This document shows, piece after piece, positions 26,101-37,767 of a DNA stretch of 64,000 bases. The position numbers and the translations under genes are program-made. The number at the start of each line of letters is the position of its first letter. The stretch's first letter is position 1. The DNA lies in assembly GCA_051294905.1 (NCBI GenBank), contig CM119371.1, positions 12,092,001 through 12,156,000 of the forward strand, written 5' to 3'. Under the pieces are notes generated by a model. That model was not told where the DNA came from. It ran no database searches and saw only the letters and a list, made by a program, of their open reading frames with translations. Source of the stretch: Botryllus schlosseri (taxonomy: Eukaryota).

Positions 26101-29100
26101 CGTAGTGAACTAACTGGACGCCAAATACCTATGCTAAACTGCCCACTGTGCCCAGTGTCATTGTCCATTTCCGATGAACTACGGACTAATCTACTTTTAT
26201 TGCTATCGGCTTACTATACGACCCGAAATAGCGAGTGGTCTTGTTGTGAATTGGATTCTCGTATGAATTCCGTATTTTCACATATTGCTATCAAATATTT
26301 ATCCTTTCTCAGCCCATGTGACCAGATTCCTTGGTAGGGCTTCTGGAGGGAGTGTTTTCGAAAATTTAGAGCAAGTTATAAATTATGATGCATCTTAGGG
26401 TGGGCCAATTGGTATTTGTCATGGTATTACCTGTATGCTGGTGCTGGTATTACTTGACCTTCTATCACGATTGTCGGTACAGTGGAAAGATATTGGAATC
26501 GCTCAAACGTATACCAGAAACAATTTTCTTTCGTGAGGAGCACACGATTCCATGATTCCACGATTGGTATTTCCAAATGGGGCGCATTATTTTTCCTCTG
26601 CTGCTCGCATCTGTGTACTACGGGGCTCAGATTGCGAAGGGCGGTGCCCATATCAAAATCGAAACATTAAGCCGCATTGAATCGCGCCTTACGTGAAGGA
26701 AATTTCAACGAAAATTCGGGAATCAATTCGAGAATTAAATTTGCATGTCGACGGCCGCTAACACATACTAATTGAATTATGTGATGACAGCCGCACAAAA
26801 GTTTTTGATAATTTTGGTTAAATATAGGGCCAAAATAGACTGAGATACAGTAAATCAGCACTGAAGTAACGCTCCGACAGCTAATTCGGGAGCTGAGCCG
26901 GCAAGTCGACCTTTTTTTGTCAATCAACCGATCAAGAAGTGAAAAACATTTACCATATCTTCAGGATTGTCCTCCGGTATTACGAGTCTGAATATTTTGA
27001 AAAAGTGTCCTTTTTCTCAGATTTCCAAAATACGGTAACCCTGTTGTAGAACATACATCGATTCGTAATAACCGCTCTTTGGAGTTTCAATGTCTTCAAC
27101 TTCTGTCACAGTTACTAATGGAGAAATACATACTTGAACGCTAAAGTCCCCAAGCCATCTCTATCCTATCATGCCATAGACGGGGCCTACTGTTGAGCCG
27201 TCGTGACGCTCGAAATGAAAAAAACGTACATTCGAATAAATTTATTCACAGGTACTTTCTCGATAAATCGTGTGATGAGGAGCAGCGAAACGAAGTTGGG
27301 GAAGAAAGTTGCCGCGCAGCTTGCATGCTACCGAAACCCGAATCTAACTCAACATCACCTAACACCAACCGAGTGAGAGCTATATTCCGACCATGCTACA
27401 GGGGAATGGTGTCCGAAGAAGGCACTCGACGCCGAATTGACTTCTGTAAAGCTGAAATCAAACATTGTTCCACTTGCTACCAATGGGGAAATTGGACTCT
27501 GTTATCGTCTTGTTCGAGGACATGCGGACGTCCAGGGGTACGGAAGTACGTGAGAGATTGTCTCATCATGGAGCCACCAGGTATCAACCTTTCCTAAATG
27601 AATCATGTGGATTTTACAGATAGCAGTTTTACTGGTTGAAACCGGTCTCAACATGTTGTTGATTAAATTCTGGTTATGCGTCTTCCAAACCCTTTATATT
27701 GATAATCCAGATATGCAATGTTCCCTTTAATTCTTCACGAGTCTGCGCGCAACCAACAACTCGCTGCGAGGTCACTTGGATAACAGTGCGTTAACGACTA
27801 AAAAAACAAGGTCATCACTTCGGAATTTTTGTGCGCAGCTTAGATTTTCTGTGCGCAGAGAACGTGTCAGCACTGCGCGATTGCGCACGCGCGCAGTTTT
27901 GAGTGAACATTGCTGATATGTAGGCCTACTCAGGCAATTTTCTTGTGAAGGCAGTTCATTGTATGATAGGACTTCCAGCCTATTATATGCCTGTGAAGAG
28001 GGGAATTAGAAAAGAATATAGGTCATATCCATAGAGTTCAGAGGAATTCGATGAAAATACTTATAAGTTACGTATAAAATACTCCGGAACGGATCCAAAC
28101 TAAAACTTGCAGGAATTTCGCAATCTTATTATTCGGTTATTGTTATTACACAATCACTTGTACTTCGTTCGTTGTGACACAAGATTAGTGAATATGATGG
28201 AAATATGATGATTGATGCCGTAAAAATAGACAAGTATGACTCGTATAACGGCTTGTAGGTCCACAGAAGCATTGTAGTTTGCGGTTTTAGCCATGATTTA
28301 GCGTTGTTAGCTTTTCAATAAATGAATTTTTCTGCCCGGGAAAAGCCGTTCGCCGCTTGATCGAAAGTGAGCAGAACCAGAGACCGAATTAAGCAGAGTC
28401 GACTGTAATAGGTTAGTTTACATATATAACCGATTTGTTTATTGGTTGAATAGTTGGCTACTGAACCGTTTAGTTTTACAGATGTTATGACATGGGGTGA
28501 CCAACCTGCAGCCTTACGTATAATCGCCTACTGCATGAATTTGCTGTATTCTCAATTGTAAACGATTCCGTTGTCGAGCAACGATAAGCCATAAATCAGT
28601 CATAAATCTCATCCGTGTAAGCGGTGTCTTATAAAATCCTAGAAGTCGACAGTTACCGAATCAAAATGAAAAAAATTGGTTTGGTGTAAATGACCATGAA
28701 CAGCACATAACAAACAATTTTACGACACATTGAATTTAGATGCCCGTTCGGCTGGCGGTCCACCCGTATTCTCTAAGACGCACACCTATCTCTGTAAAGC
28801 TTATCTCAAGGAGTCGGAATACAAAAACGAAAAGTGTGGAATGAACAACGTATGTCCCCACTGGACTAATTGGGAGAGCTGGACAGACTGCCCGCTGAAG
28901 GACATAAGGGAAATAACAGCAGTGAGGAATAACCCAAATACGCGACGATCCAGGCTCGCATTTGGAGGAAACATATCAAATCCATCGCTTCAAACGCTCA
29001 CGGACAGCGAAACAGAAGTCAACGGAGCGAGACGACAGACCTCTACACGAAAAAGGGTCTGCCTGGGACAAAGAAATCCAGACCATTTAGCGTGTCCTGG

Positions 29101-32100
29101 TAACACATCGCAATGGCGAATGTGTGAAGTGGAATACAAGAACATGTCAACCGACTCATTCAGTGAAGAGGACTCGACAGATGGTGCATCAACAGCATAC
29201 GACGATGATCGCACGAATAAGGTAACACTGATTCAAATATTTACTCGAAGTGCTTTGTAATGCAGAGTTGTAATGACTTGAAGCGATTGATATGATTCGA
29301 CACTGGAGCAGCCAAGACAGCGATTTCATTGTAACTTCGAAGAATATATAGGAAAGTTACCACATTATCGGTATTTCGTCTATCAGTCCTGATACTTCAA
29401 AATAGAGCCAGAAACTGTTAAAACTAAGGACAATTACTATTTTATGCATGTGAGCCATTCTATATCATTCGGGAAGAGTTGAAAAAAGTGGATCGAACCG
29501 GATTGGACTGAAAACTGGACAGTCAATATAATGACTTGGACTTGGACTCGAGTCAAAACACTATGACTCGGACTCGACCCTTTACTAGCTCACTTGAACT
29601 CGGACCTGACTCGGTGGTGAATTGAAAATGACTCGACTTGGCTCGAGTTAAAACTATAAAAGTGAGATTGAATTGTGACTCGGAACCTTGTGACTTGGTT
29701 ACAACCCGTTTATAATGTAAATATACTGAGTGACAGTTCAGCCAACTTTCAACAACCCATATAGCCTCTAATTAAGTTGCGTTATAGGTTATATAGAATG
29801 AGGATACTACGTTGTTTTAGATTGCACTGGCCAACCCCAATGCCCCATCTGATTTGGAACTATTCATGTCTGAAAGAAATACAGTGTTTGTCACCATCCC
29901 ACAAGGAGGCACATCAAATCGTCAGTAGGATAACGCGAACAAGAATTATGTCACATATTGCGTTTGAGTAAGCAACGCAACTTTTTCCCGAACCTCAGTG
30001 ACGTCAAATTCAATTTTCAGCGAATGTAAATAAATCTGCGGTACTCACGAAACTGCTAAAAACAAACATTTGCAAACGATCATAGAACAAACGACTACGA
30101 TTTTGAACCGGTGTGAACTTCGCAAAGTCGCTGCTAATCTTTGCCGAACATCGGGTTTGGTTCATAATAAAAATGAAAATCCATCTCCGTTTGCATTGCG
30201 TTGTGTCATAGTGTTGATGGCTCGGATATTGTAATGCGCCATAATAGCAGCGATTGGAATGGATAAAAGCGATATTTCCGAAACAGCAGTCATGTTTGAA
30301 AGACCATTCAGTGATACTCTAACCCAGTTTGCAAGTTTGACGATAGGGGGACACCGAGACAATGCCCGCTGGCTGGAATGTCTCAGATTTGGGAAAACCC
30401 TTCTCAACTCAACGCGTTCGATACGAGGAATACATAGAAGCTATTGCAAACTTTTAAGTGTATACATATTAGTTCTACGACGATCTCGTAATCAAGCACA
30501 GGCTGCAGTCTGTATAGATAGATCGATTGGGCATTACGAAGATACAAACATCTAGTCGTATTATGCGTGTTGAAACGACCGACAAATTCAATACTGACGT
30601 AAAGTATCAATATTGCCGACAATCATAAGTGAGTCACTGAGAGGAAATTTACTTTTTTGTGCTTATGGTATAGGTATAGGTAGCTTGAGTTCGTTTGCGG
30701 TTGAATGATAGCTCTCAGGCCACAAATAAAATCCCATAACAATATGATGGACATATGGCATACAAGACAGACGAATTGTCGATGATTCTATACAGCAAAA
30801 CTTCTTACTGTTTCAGGAAACCGCCACACAGGACACCGTGTATTCCACATCAAATATTACGGGATCGACAGCAATACAGACGTCAACAACTAGCGTCAAG
30901 GTACACGGACCAAAACGACGCAACAACCAAACATTCACTGTAGAGGGCGAAGGCGGTTTCACGACTGTCATCAACAACTACGCAGTAATTCTAATTGGAT
31001 GTAAGGACGCTTTGATGTTGCTATTTGCAGGACGTCGGTCGCGCAATTAGCAACTTACCTATCTTCTTGATAACTTCTTATGGTAATAAGTTCTCATTTC
31101 ATACCTTCCTCGTAGGGTTGTGAACGTATCAAAATTTCACGGCGATAATAATTTGCGACATGGCTATTTGAGACGCGTCTGCGCCGTAAGTGGTCGCTAA
31201 AACGTGCAAGAATATTTGGCATCGTGTATTCGTGATGCGGCAACAAACACTGCGTACTGCTCACTCTGTGTGCAGAGACCTGATCATTTCAGCTGTTGAT
31301 TGCAGCAACATAGAAAGATATTCTTGCAGTAAACATGATGCTCGATTTTCACTGTGAGATAAGACCTTATCTAGTCGATAACTAATATAACGAATGTGTA
31401 TAGGGGAACCGTAAATGTATTTCTCATTCGGATACTTTTAGTGATACCTAATCTACAATAATATTTCTAGAACCGGTTGATATTCGCAGTCATTACGGGG
31501 ACTGTTTTTGAATGCTAGGTACATCCACTTAAACCAGTATATAGCAAATGCTTGTTTAAACCACTGTTTAAAACGTGTTTTAAACAGGCCATCGTTTTAA
31601 ATGCAACCCATGCTACTCGTTTCATCAATTTATTCGCAACTCGGCACTTGCTATACACTGGTTTAAGTGGATGTAGCTAGCATGGCTTTAAAAATGTGTT
31701 TTTCAAGCTGTATAATTATTCAAAAACATGTTGTGTGAGCCTGCGGACGATTATCACCCGATATAGCCGACGTATACTATAACTGATGGATGTAACCTGC
31801 GAAATATTCGGTTCAACAGCTTATAGTAGGCTACGTAGGTGCAGATCAGTGGTTCCCAACCTTTTTCGGTGTCAGGGCCAAATTTAGAATTTCAGATTAC
31901 GGTCGGGGCCGCTCGTATACCAGGGCAATGAAACGGACCCAAAATAGCCACCAAAATATGAAAATTGGCATTGTTCCAATCAATCGCTTGACGCCACTGG
32001 CCATTGTTATGATCATTGTGTTGCTGCGCTCCCATTGTTCAGAACAATCGACCTTTCGTGGATATTTCGGAGTAGTTTTATTGCCCTGGCGAGATTTCAA

Positions 32101-35100
32101 ATCGTATTTTTGGAATCAGTGCGACACTAGCTTTCGATAACGACCGGGCCTATCAAATTATGCGGACGCTTCGGTCGTGAGCTATAGGACTACCAAATAT
32201 GCTGCTTTCGGGGCGATTTAGTGTGTTAGGTTTTATCGCCAAGACGCGCCAAGCACGAAATTTTTTTGTAATTCATGATTGAATCGGTCAATATATGATC
32301 GGGAATTGCATATGTATTGCCATCAATTTTTATCCTCTCTCTGCTCACGTAATCAGGTTTACAGATAGAGCCGACGGAGGTGTGTTTGAAAAGGTAGGAC
32401 CCCTCAATAATAATTAAACATCTTCGTGCGTATACCGGTAGGCAGGAACGAAACAGCACTTCGTCAGCCCACCCCCCCCCCCCAAAAAAAATAATAATAA
32501 TAAACTCGGGTCTTGGGCTCCCATATCAACAGCAGTAACGTAACGATAACAGTCTACTCACGACTTTCCTGCAATCCTAATTAAAGACTACAGACTGCAA
32601 GCCAAGCAAAGTGTATTTTATAAATATAAATCTTATTTTTTGTCATACCTGGATTTCCTAATATTTCTTGTGGCCGCAAGAAGGGTATCTGGGGGCCGCA
32701 TGAAGCCCTCGGGGGCCGCATGCAGCCCTCGGGGCCGCGGTTGGGAATCACCGGTCTAGATCATTGGTACGGAATGCGTGTTCTGATGTTGATGACCGCC
32801 AACCTTAAAAATGCTGCATGACGATGTAGTCCTGGTTAAATACATTTTTGGTCCGTATATGGAAGGGGTTGGAAGCTTATTTCGTCGTACCCTTTATTTT
32901 CAATTGTCAATGCCAATCCACCATGACGCGACAATTGAATATTCGTAACGTCATTGCTTCAAAATAAAACAAACAAAAAAACAAAATAGAAAACATGTTT
33001 TAAACAATGGCATGTTATTTCAAACATGTTTGTTTTACATTGTTTTTTTGTCTTAAACACAACTCATGAGTAGCTCATATGGATTAGGCATTAACGTACG
33101 AATACATCCGTAGTAAAGGGACACCCAATTTTACAGTGACCGTGGGATGTAAATTGATCTGAATTCCGTAGATTTATTATAGGGATTGGTAGAAAAGGCA
33201 CGGTAGGTTTGATTTGCTGTAGGATGGATGATGATGATGGAATAGAATTGTAACATTGGTGATTTTCATGCTGACTACACCATGCGTTCAATTACCATTA
33301 CCTCAATAAATAACAGTGTGTCGGCGAGAATAGTTACCGCAGTGTTCACTAATTCGCAATTAGGCATTATAATTGCTGCAATAATCGAATCTCATACTGC
33401 TACAATGGACACCGAAGTATGCTGTTATCAAATGAGCCAGTGGCTGTCCACTGGACGAATTACTACTATACAACAGTAATCGTTTATGAGTGCTTTTGCC
33501 CACCGGGGCAGACTATATAAAGTACTTTGCTAACCAGTCGATCGTTGCTATTCGCAACTAATCACATAGCGGAAGTATTACACTGCCTTCTTAGTTCTCA
33601 CCTCATGGCATTATACTTACAGCGCTTCTCGTGTTCATTGTATTGTTGCTGTTCGCTCTCATCGCAGTCTGCTGGAATGTACTGAAGCGCTCCAGGCGAG
33701 CTCGCTATCCCATTCAGCCTTCGTTCTCTGCCGGGACGTTGGGTTCGATCCCGAGCGGGTTGATGCACGGATTTCAGCAACCGTTAGGCCTGAGGTATGG
33801 CTCGGGTACGTTCGGACGCAGTGAGTATCCGCCCAACTTTAGCGACGCGATGAGCAGCAAAGGAAGCGTACGTAGCGCATCCAGCAACGCGACCAGCAGA
33901 GGTAAGCAGCGGAAAAGGCTTCATCTGTCTTTCACGTCGGGCGGGGCGATTTACTCTGCTGGTTCCGGGCGTCAAAACTCAAAGAGAACGAGGATATCTC
34001 TCGCCGAGCTCGCTAAGCAGCAAACGCCCACGAGCGAACGGAATATGGGCTCCAAAAAGCCGTCAACGTCTTCTCTTCTATCATCTACATCTTCGACAAC
34101 CGGTATCACGGGTGTTCCCAGCGTGTTTCAACCACTCCCTCCTATCCCGCCGGAACTGCCCCCCGGATTAGCAATAAGCGGAATGTCGAATGCTAAAAGA
34201 AATGCGAGTCGAAACACCGGTCTTACTCCTGATGGGGATGATATTAACTCCCCAAATATGGACCACATTCGAGCACATTACGACAGTGTAAGCGGTCGAC
34301 CTGCGGACGGACCATATGCGCGCGAAGATGGAAATGATAACCGAACCAGTCGACTGAGGGGATCGCCTGGTGGGACAGGAAGACCGAGGTAAGCATGGAT
34401 ACACTCGCCGTTTCAAAAAACTTCGTGAGTTTTCCGATGATAGATGCATAGGGATAAAAGCAGTCATTGTAAATTTATAGTTAATTACAAGTAGATGTCG
34501 TTAATTCGGAGACGTCGAATATATTTCAATTAAACCAACTAGTTCAGCGCCAGGCAACATACAGCCCGCGAGCATGCACCTGGATTTTAAGGTGCCCGTG
34601 GACAGATTCTGGTCTTACACGATGACGTGACCCGCTGCAATGGTCTGCCGCAATGCCACGATACTTGTTTACCACGTCAAGTAGTGACTATACGTCACTG
34701 AGTAATTCCAAGATTGCCAACCTGAATAAGATGGCCACGAAAATACTTGATCTGTTCGGGCCTAGATATATTTTCCCCGTGGATAATTACAAGCCAAAGC
34801 TGCGTTCCAATATAACTGGCGTTCACGTGCAGTCGTTAATAAGGGTCGACCGACTTGCAGCACGAGTTCAAAGAAATTCTTGGACAGCTTTTATCGACCA
34901 CAGATGTGTCTTTGACAGCTATTGAAGTACCCCACGTTATTGAATTCATTGAATACTGTTTTGATCTCTCTGCAGTACGCTTGAAGCTTACAATAAATAC
35001 GATATATTCCTTTATAGGCGGATGAAATCGCGATTAATGTTTCGCGAGTCAGTAATTCAGCCATTCAACTACTTAATTTTCCTATATCGTATTTTCCCAT

Positions 35101-37681
35101 ACTGGATAAGTTTACCGCCCCTGAAATAGTTATAAGTTTACCTTTGACTAATCAACTGGCGATTTTTCCTACCACGAAAAGCAAATGCAGAATGGCCTAT
35201 GTGCGACGTGTTCCATGCCTGTTTTAAATATGTTCGATAACAGACTAAAAATCTCGTAAGTATTCCATCACATTAGCTAATATGGTAGAAGTTCGTAGTA
35301 TTCAAAATAATAATTCATTGGAAGAATACCAGCATTATTATTTTACGATAGCTCATTTGTAGGGTTGGTCAAATTGGTCAGCATAGCTACTCACTTAGAG
35401 GTAGTTGTGACGTCGTAATGTTTTTCTCAATTACAAGTATAAATAGCAATTCTCAAGACAGTTAAATACAACTTCCAGCGAACGTATAGTAACGAAAGGC
35501 CTGCAAAGTATTCAAGTATATCCAGAAAGTAGATTTGTACTAAAGTGGCATACTTTTAGCAGTCAATAGGAGATGACTAAATTCAAAGTTGCATATATTC
35601 GCGACTAAGATTAAATAATTATTGACCACAGTTGCGATGCCGCATGGTGTCGCCACAACACCACAAATAGGTAAAATCTTCGAAATTATATTCAGTGACC
35701 ATGAAACAGGGGGTATGTCACGCGATGTTGTGATAATGTCTATTAGGGATGGTGTGATCGTGAGGTTCACGTTCGCGTTCTGTGTGTGAACCTCGGAAAT
35801 TTGGAGGTTCACGTTCACAAACGAACCTTGGTAGGTTCTGCACTGTGAACCTTTTTCATACATTACAATTTTTGATTCATTATAACATCTTTGGTTGAAG
35901 TTTATTCCATTTCATTTGCGGGCCACTCTCTGCATGGCGCGGGCAGCATAAAAATCAACACTAAACGAAAATGCACCTTGACAATCTCACAAATATTATT
36001 TTCTTCGTTTCAAAAGTTTGCTCGAACTGTCCAGCTTTCGGTTTGTGAATATTTAGTGACTCTCTGCTGTGAGCTTGACCCTCAATCACACAATATCAAG
36101 AGTGTTGTACTGCATGTAGGTAGTCATCGAATGATGCTTATTCAACCAATCGATGAAATTGATATCGCTGTCTGATGTAAAAAATCTGGCCGGCGTACGG
36201 GGACAAATCCTAATTTCGGGGTAATATCGGTAGCAACAGAAACATGTTTTACACGCTGCTCAATGTCAACGTAGCAACACTCAGACGCCGAATACAATGC
36301 CCGGTCTGGCCTAGACCGTTAAGGCGTGGACTGATATTCCCTTGCAAGTCCTTGTTGAAATTGCTGACAAAGCGACGGAAGATATTGATTTTATGGGATT
36401 TTAATAATATTTGATTGTCCTAATTGATACATTTGGCGACGATTAAAACTTCAATATGTACTTCAGCATTGTGGCATTATGGGGCCCGAGTCGCCGCTAA
36501 GTATCGTGTACAGTAGTACACTAATATAGGCTATCAATTCACTGAAATGTAGGGTTGGAACTAGCAATATGAGGTTCACGTTCGCGTTCACACAGAACCT
36601 TTCAAAAAGGTTCGCGCTCTCACGAACCTGAATCTTTTAGGGATTCACACCATCCCTAATGTCTATCACAAAAGTGATCCAAACTCATAACAAAACTACT
36701 GCTTGCACTTCAAAATCCGAAGTGTAAAGGTAAGAAGCCTCACATAAAATCTGCTCCAGAAGTAGCCTTAATGGAAATAATATAAAACAAAACCAAAACC
36801 AATTGAGTAACATTGCAAGTAAGCCAAACCTTCGTTAGTGTCCCAGGAATGTACATTGTTGCTGAACGTCTCTGCTCATTTGTCGATGGAAGCAAAATAA
36901 ATCCAAACTCCAGTGCCGGTTACGAAAGGGTTGCGTGGCGGATCTTCTCATATACCGGTCTCGCACTGATAGAACTATCTAGCACACAGTTAAATTGAAT
37001 ATGTTTTTTTACAGCACCGGACATCATAACGATCAGTATCCTCACGGTAGAAACGGTATTGAGAGTATTCGCGGCGAGGTTGTTGTTCCGACAGAGAATG
37101 AGTATTGGAGTGTAGCGAGAGAAGGCGAGTCACTCGCAACGCCGATGACCTCCCCTATAAAGAGCCACAACCCAACATGCAGTCGTGTTGCTACCGATTC
37201 CAAAAATCGACTGAACTCACACCAGTCTACAACTTCCACGGATAAAGAAATAACCGAGTCCAACGATAGCGTGGTGTGTAACAACGAACGTGTTACCGAC
37301 ATCCTGGGTGCAGAGAGTAATGTTAACGATGCGAATACTTTACTGAGCCACCGGGTAAATATAGGCGACTTTGAAATTGGTCAAGACGAATGCTTTGAAG
37401 AGCCTGTCTATAATTCTATCGATCCAGCTGCCGCTGATCTTCCAAGCCAGGTTGCGTGCAATTTGGATCAGCAAGAAGGTGAATACGATCACTTGTACAA
37501 GGATTCCAAAGGTGGAATTTCCCCAAGAAGCCATCAACCGTCTGCAACGCAACAGATCAAGGGCGACAGTGCAGCCCTGAGGCACCATGACTACGAGAGC
37601 ATTGAGTTAGGGGACGATGCGCAACGCAATGATGGAGGTTGTGTTTCGAAAGATACTGAAGTCTCGCAAGGTGTCGCTTGA
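23059..37681 (+). CDS. Gene T: type I single-pass membrane protein with divergent thrombospondin type-1 repeats and a Tyr-motif cytoplasmic tail (934 aa)
   Basis: Exons 23059-23182, 25006-25258, 27252-27580, 28740-29221, 30817-31000, 33623-34388 and 37015-37681 are GT-AG with intron phases 1,2,1,0,1,2, all matching; total 2805 nt. Signal peptide MLIILLLNLCIEVTVLA; TSR motifs WGNWTLLSSCSRTCG...RKYVRDC and WTNWESWTDC...TRKRVC...CPG...C; S/T-rich stalk; TM AVILIGSLLVFIVLLLFALIAVCW followed by KRSRRAR. Confidence 0.88.
24491..24713 (-). mobile_element. Degenerate MITE of the TAGGGTTACCATA family
   Basis: Ends tatgggtaccatattttg / ggacatatggtaa; repeated gaggac motifs; similar to the reverse complement of 50044-50407. 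Confidence 0.65.
25006..25258 (+). CDS. Gene T exon 2 (Cys-rich, TSR-like SECSITC)
   Basis: ccttgcag| acceptor and ag|gtacgg donor; lies within ORF 24969-25298. Confidence 0.78.
27252..27580 (+). CDS. Gene T exon 3 (TSP1 repeat)
   Basis: ttcacag| acceptor; WGNWTLLSSCSRTCGRPGVRKYVRDC; cag|gtatca donor. Confidence 0.88.
27716..27912 (+). mobile_element. hAT-like MITE with GCGCA arrays
   Basis: TIRs caatgttccc / gtgaacattg; TSD cagatatg / ctgatatg (7/8); a related end is at ~735-812. Confidence 0.8.
28740..29221 (+). CDS. Gene T exon 4 (TSP1 repeat with long insertion, acidic linker)
   Basis: WTNWESWTDCP...STRKRVCLG...ACPGNTSQWRMC; aag|gtaaca donor. Confidence 0.88.
29510..29707 (+). mobile_element. 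3' part of a GACTC-array MITE
   Basis: Matches 57670-57859 and 60200-60390 (gactcggactcgaccc...gtggtgaattgaaaatgactcgacttg...ggttacaaccc). Confidence 0.8.
30817..31000 (+). CDS. Gene T exon 5 (Ser/Thr stalk, start of TM helix)
   Basis: tgtttcag| acceptor and t|gtaagg donor; ETATQDTVYSTSNITGST...NYAVILIG. Confidence 0.82.
31512..31683. repeat. Hairpin MITE-like inverted repeat (~40-bp arms)
   Basis: atgctaggtacatccacttaaaccagtatatagcaaatgc is the near-perfect reverse complement of gcacttgctatacactggtttaagtggatgtagctagcat. Confidence 0.8.
31847..32753 (+). mobile_element. hAT-like element with GGGCCGC arrays
   Basis: TIRs cagtggttcccaacc / ggttgggaatcaccg; TSD gtgcagat / gtctagat (6/8); the 3' ~200 bp recurs at ~43610-43810. 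Confidence 0.85.
33623..34388 (+). CDS. Gene T exon 6 (TM helix and Ser/Pro-rich cytoplasmic region)
   Basis: cttacag| acceptor; ORF 33631-34392; ag|gtaagc donor in phase with the 37015 exon. Confidence 0.88.
35744..36658 (+). mobile_element. hAT-like element with GGTTCAC/GAACC arrays
   Basis: TIRs tagggatggtgtga / tcacaccatcccta; perfect 8-bp TSD atgtctat. Confidence 0.9.
37015..37681 (+). CDS. Gene T exon 7 (acidic tail with YxxI/L/V motifs)
   Basis: tttttttacag| acceptor, phase 2; ENEYWSV, EEPVYNSI, EGEYDHL, HDYESI; stop at 37679-37681. Confidence 0.85.
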
Positions 37682-37767
37682 GGGACATCGTATATTTTGA
37701 CGCCTGAAAGATTATTGTCATTTCAGAGAAACTTGTTCGCTTTCTCTTTGCTGAACCGTCATCGTGA

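Noticed and set aside
37040..37620. Canonical ITAM or ITIM in the gene T tail
   Set aside because: The YxxI/L pairs are too far apart for an ITAM and the -2 residues do not fit the ITIM consensus; they are reported only as Tyr motifs.
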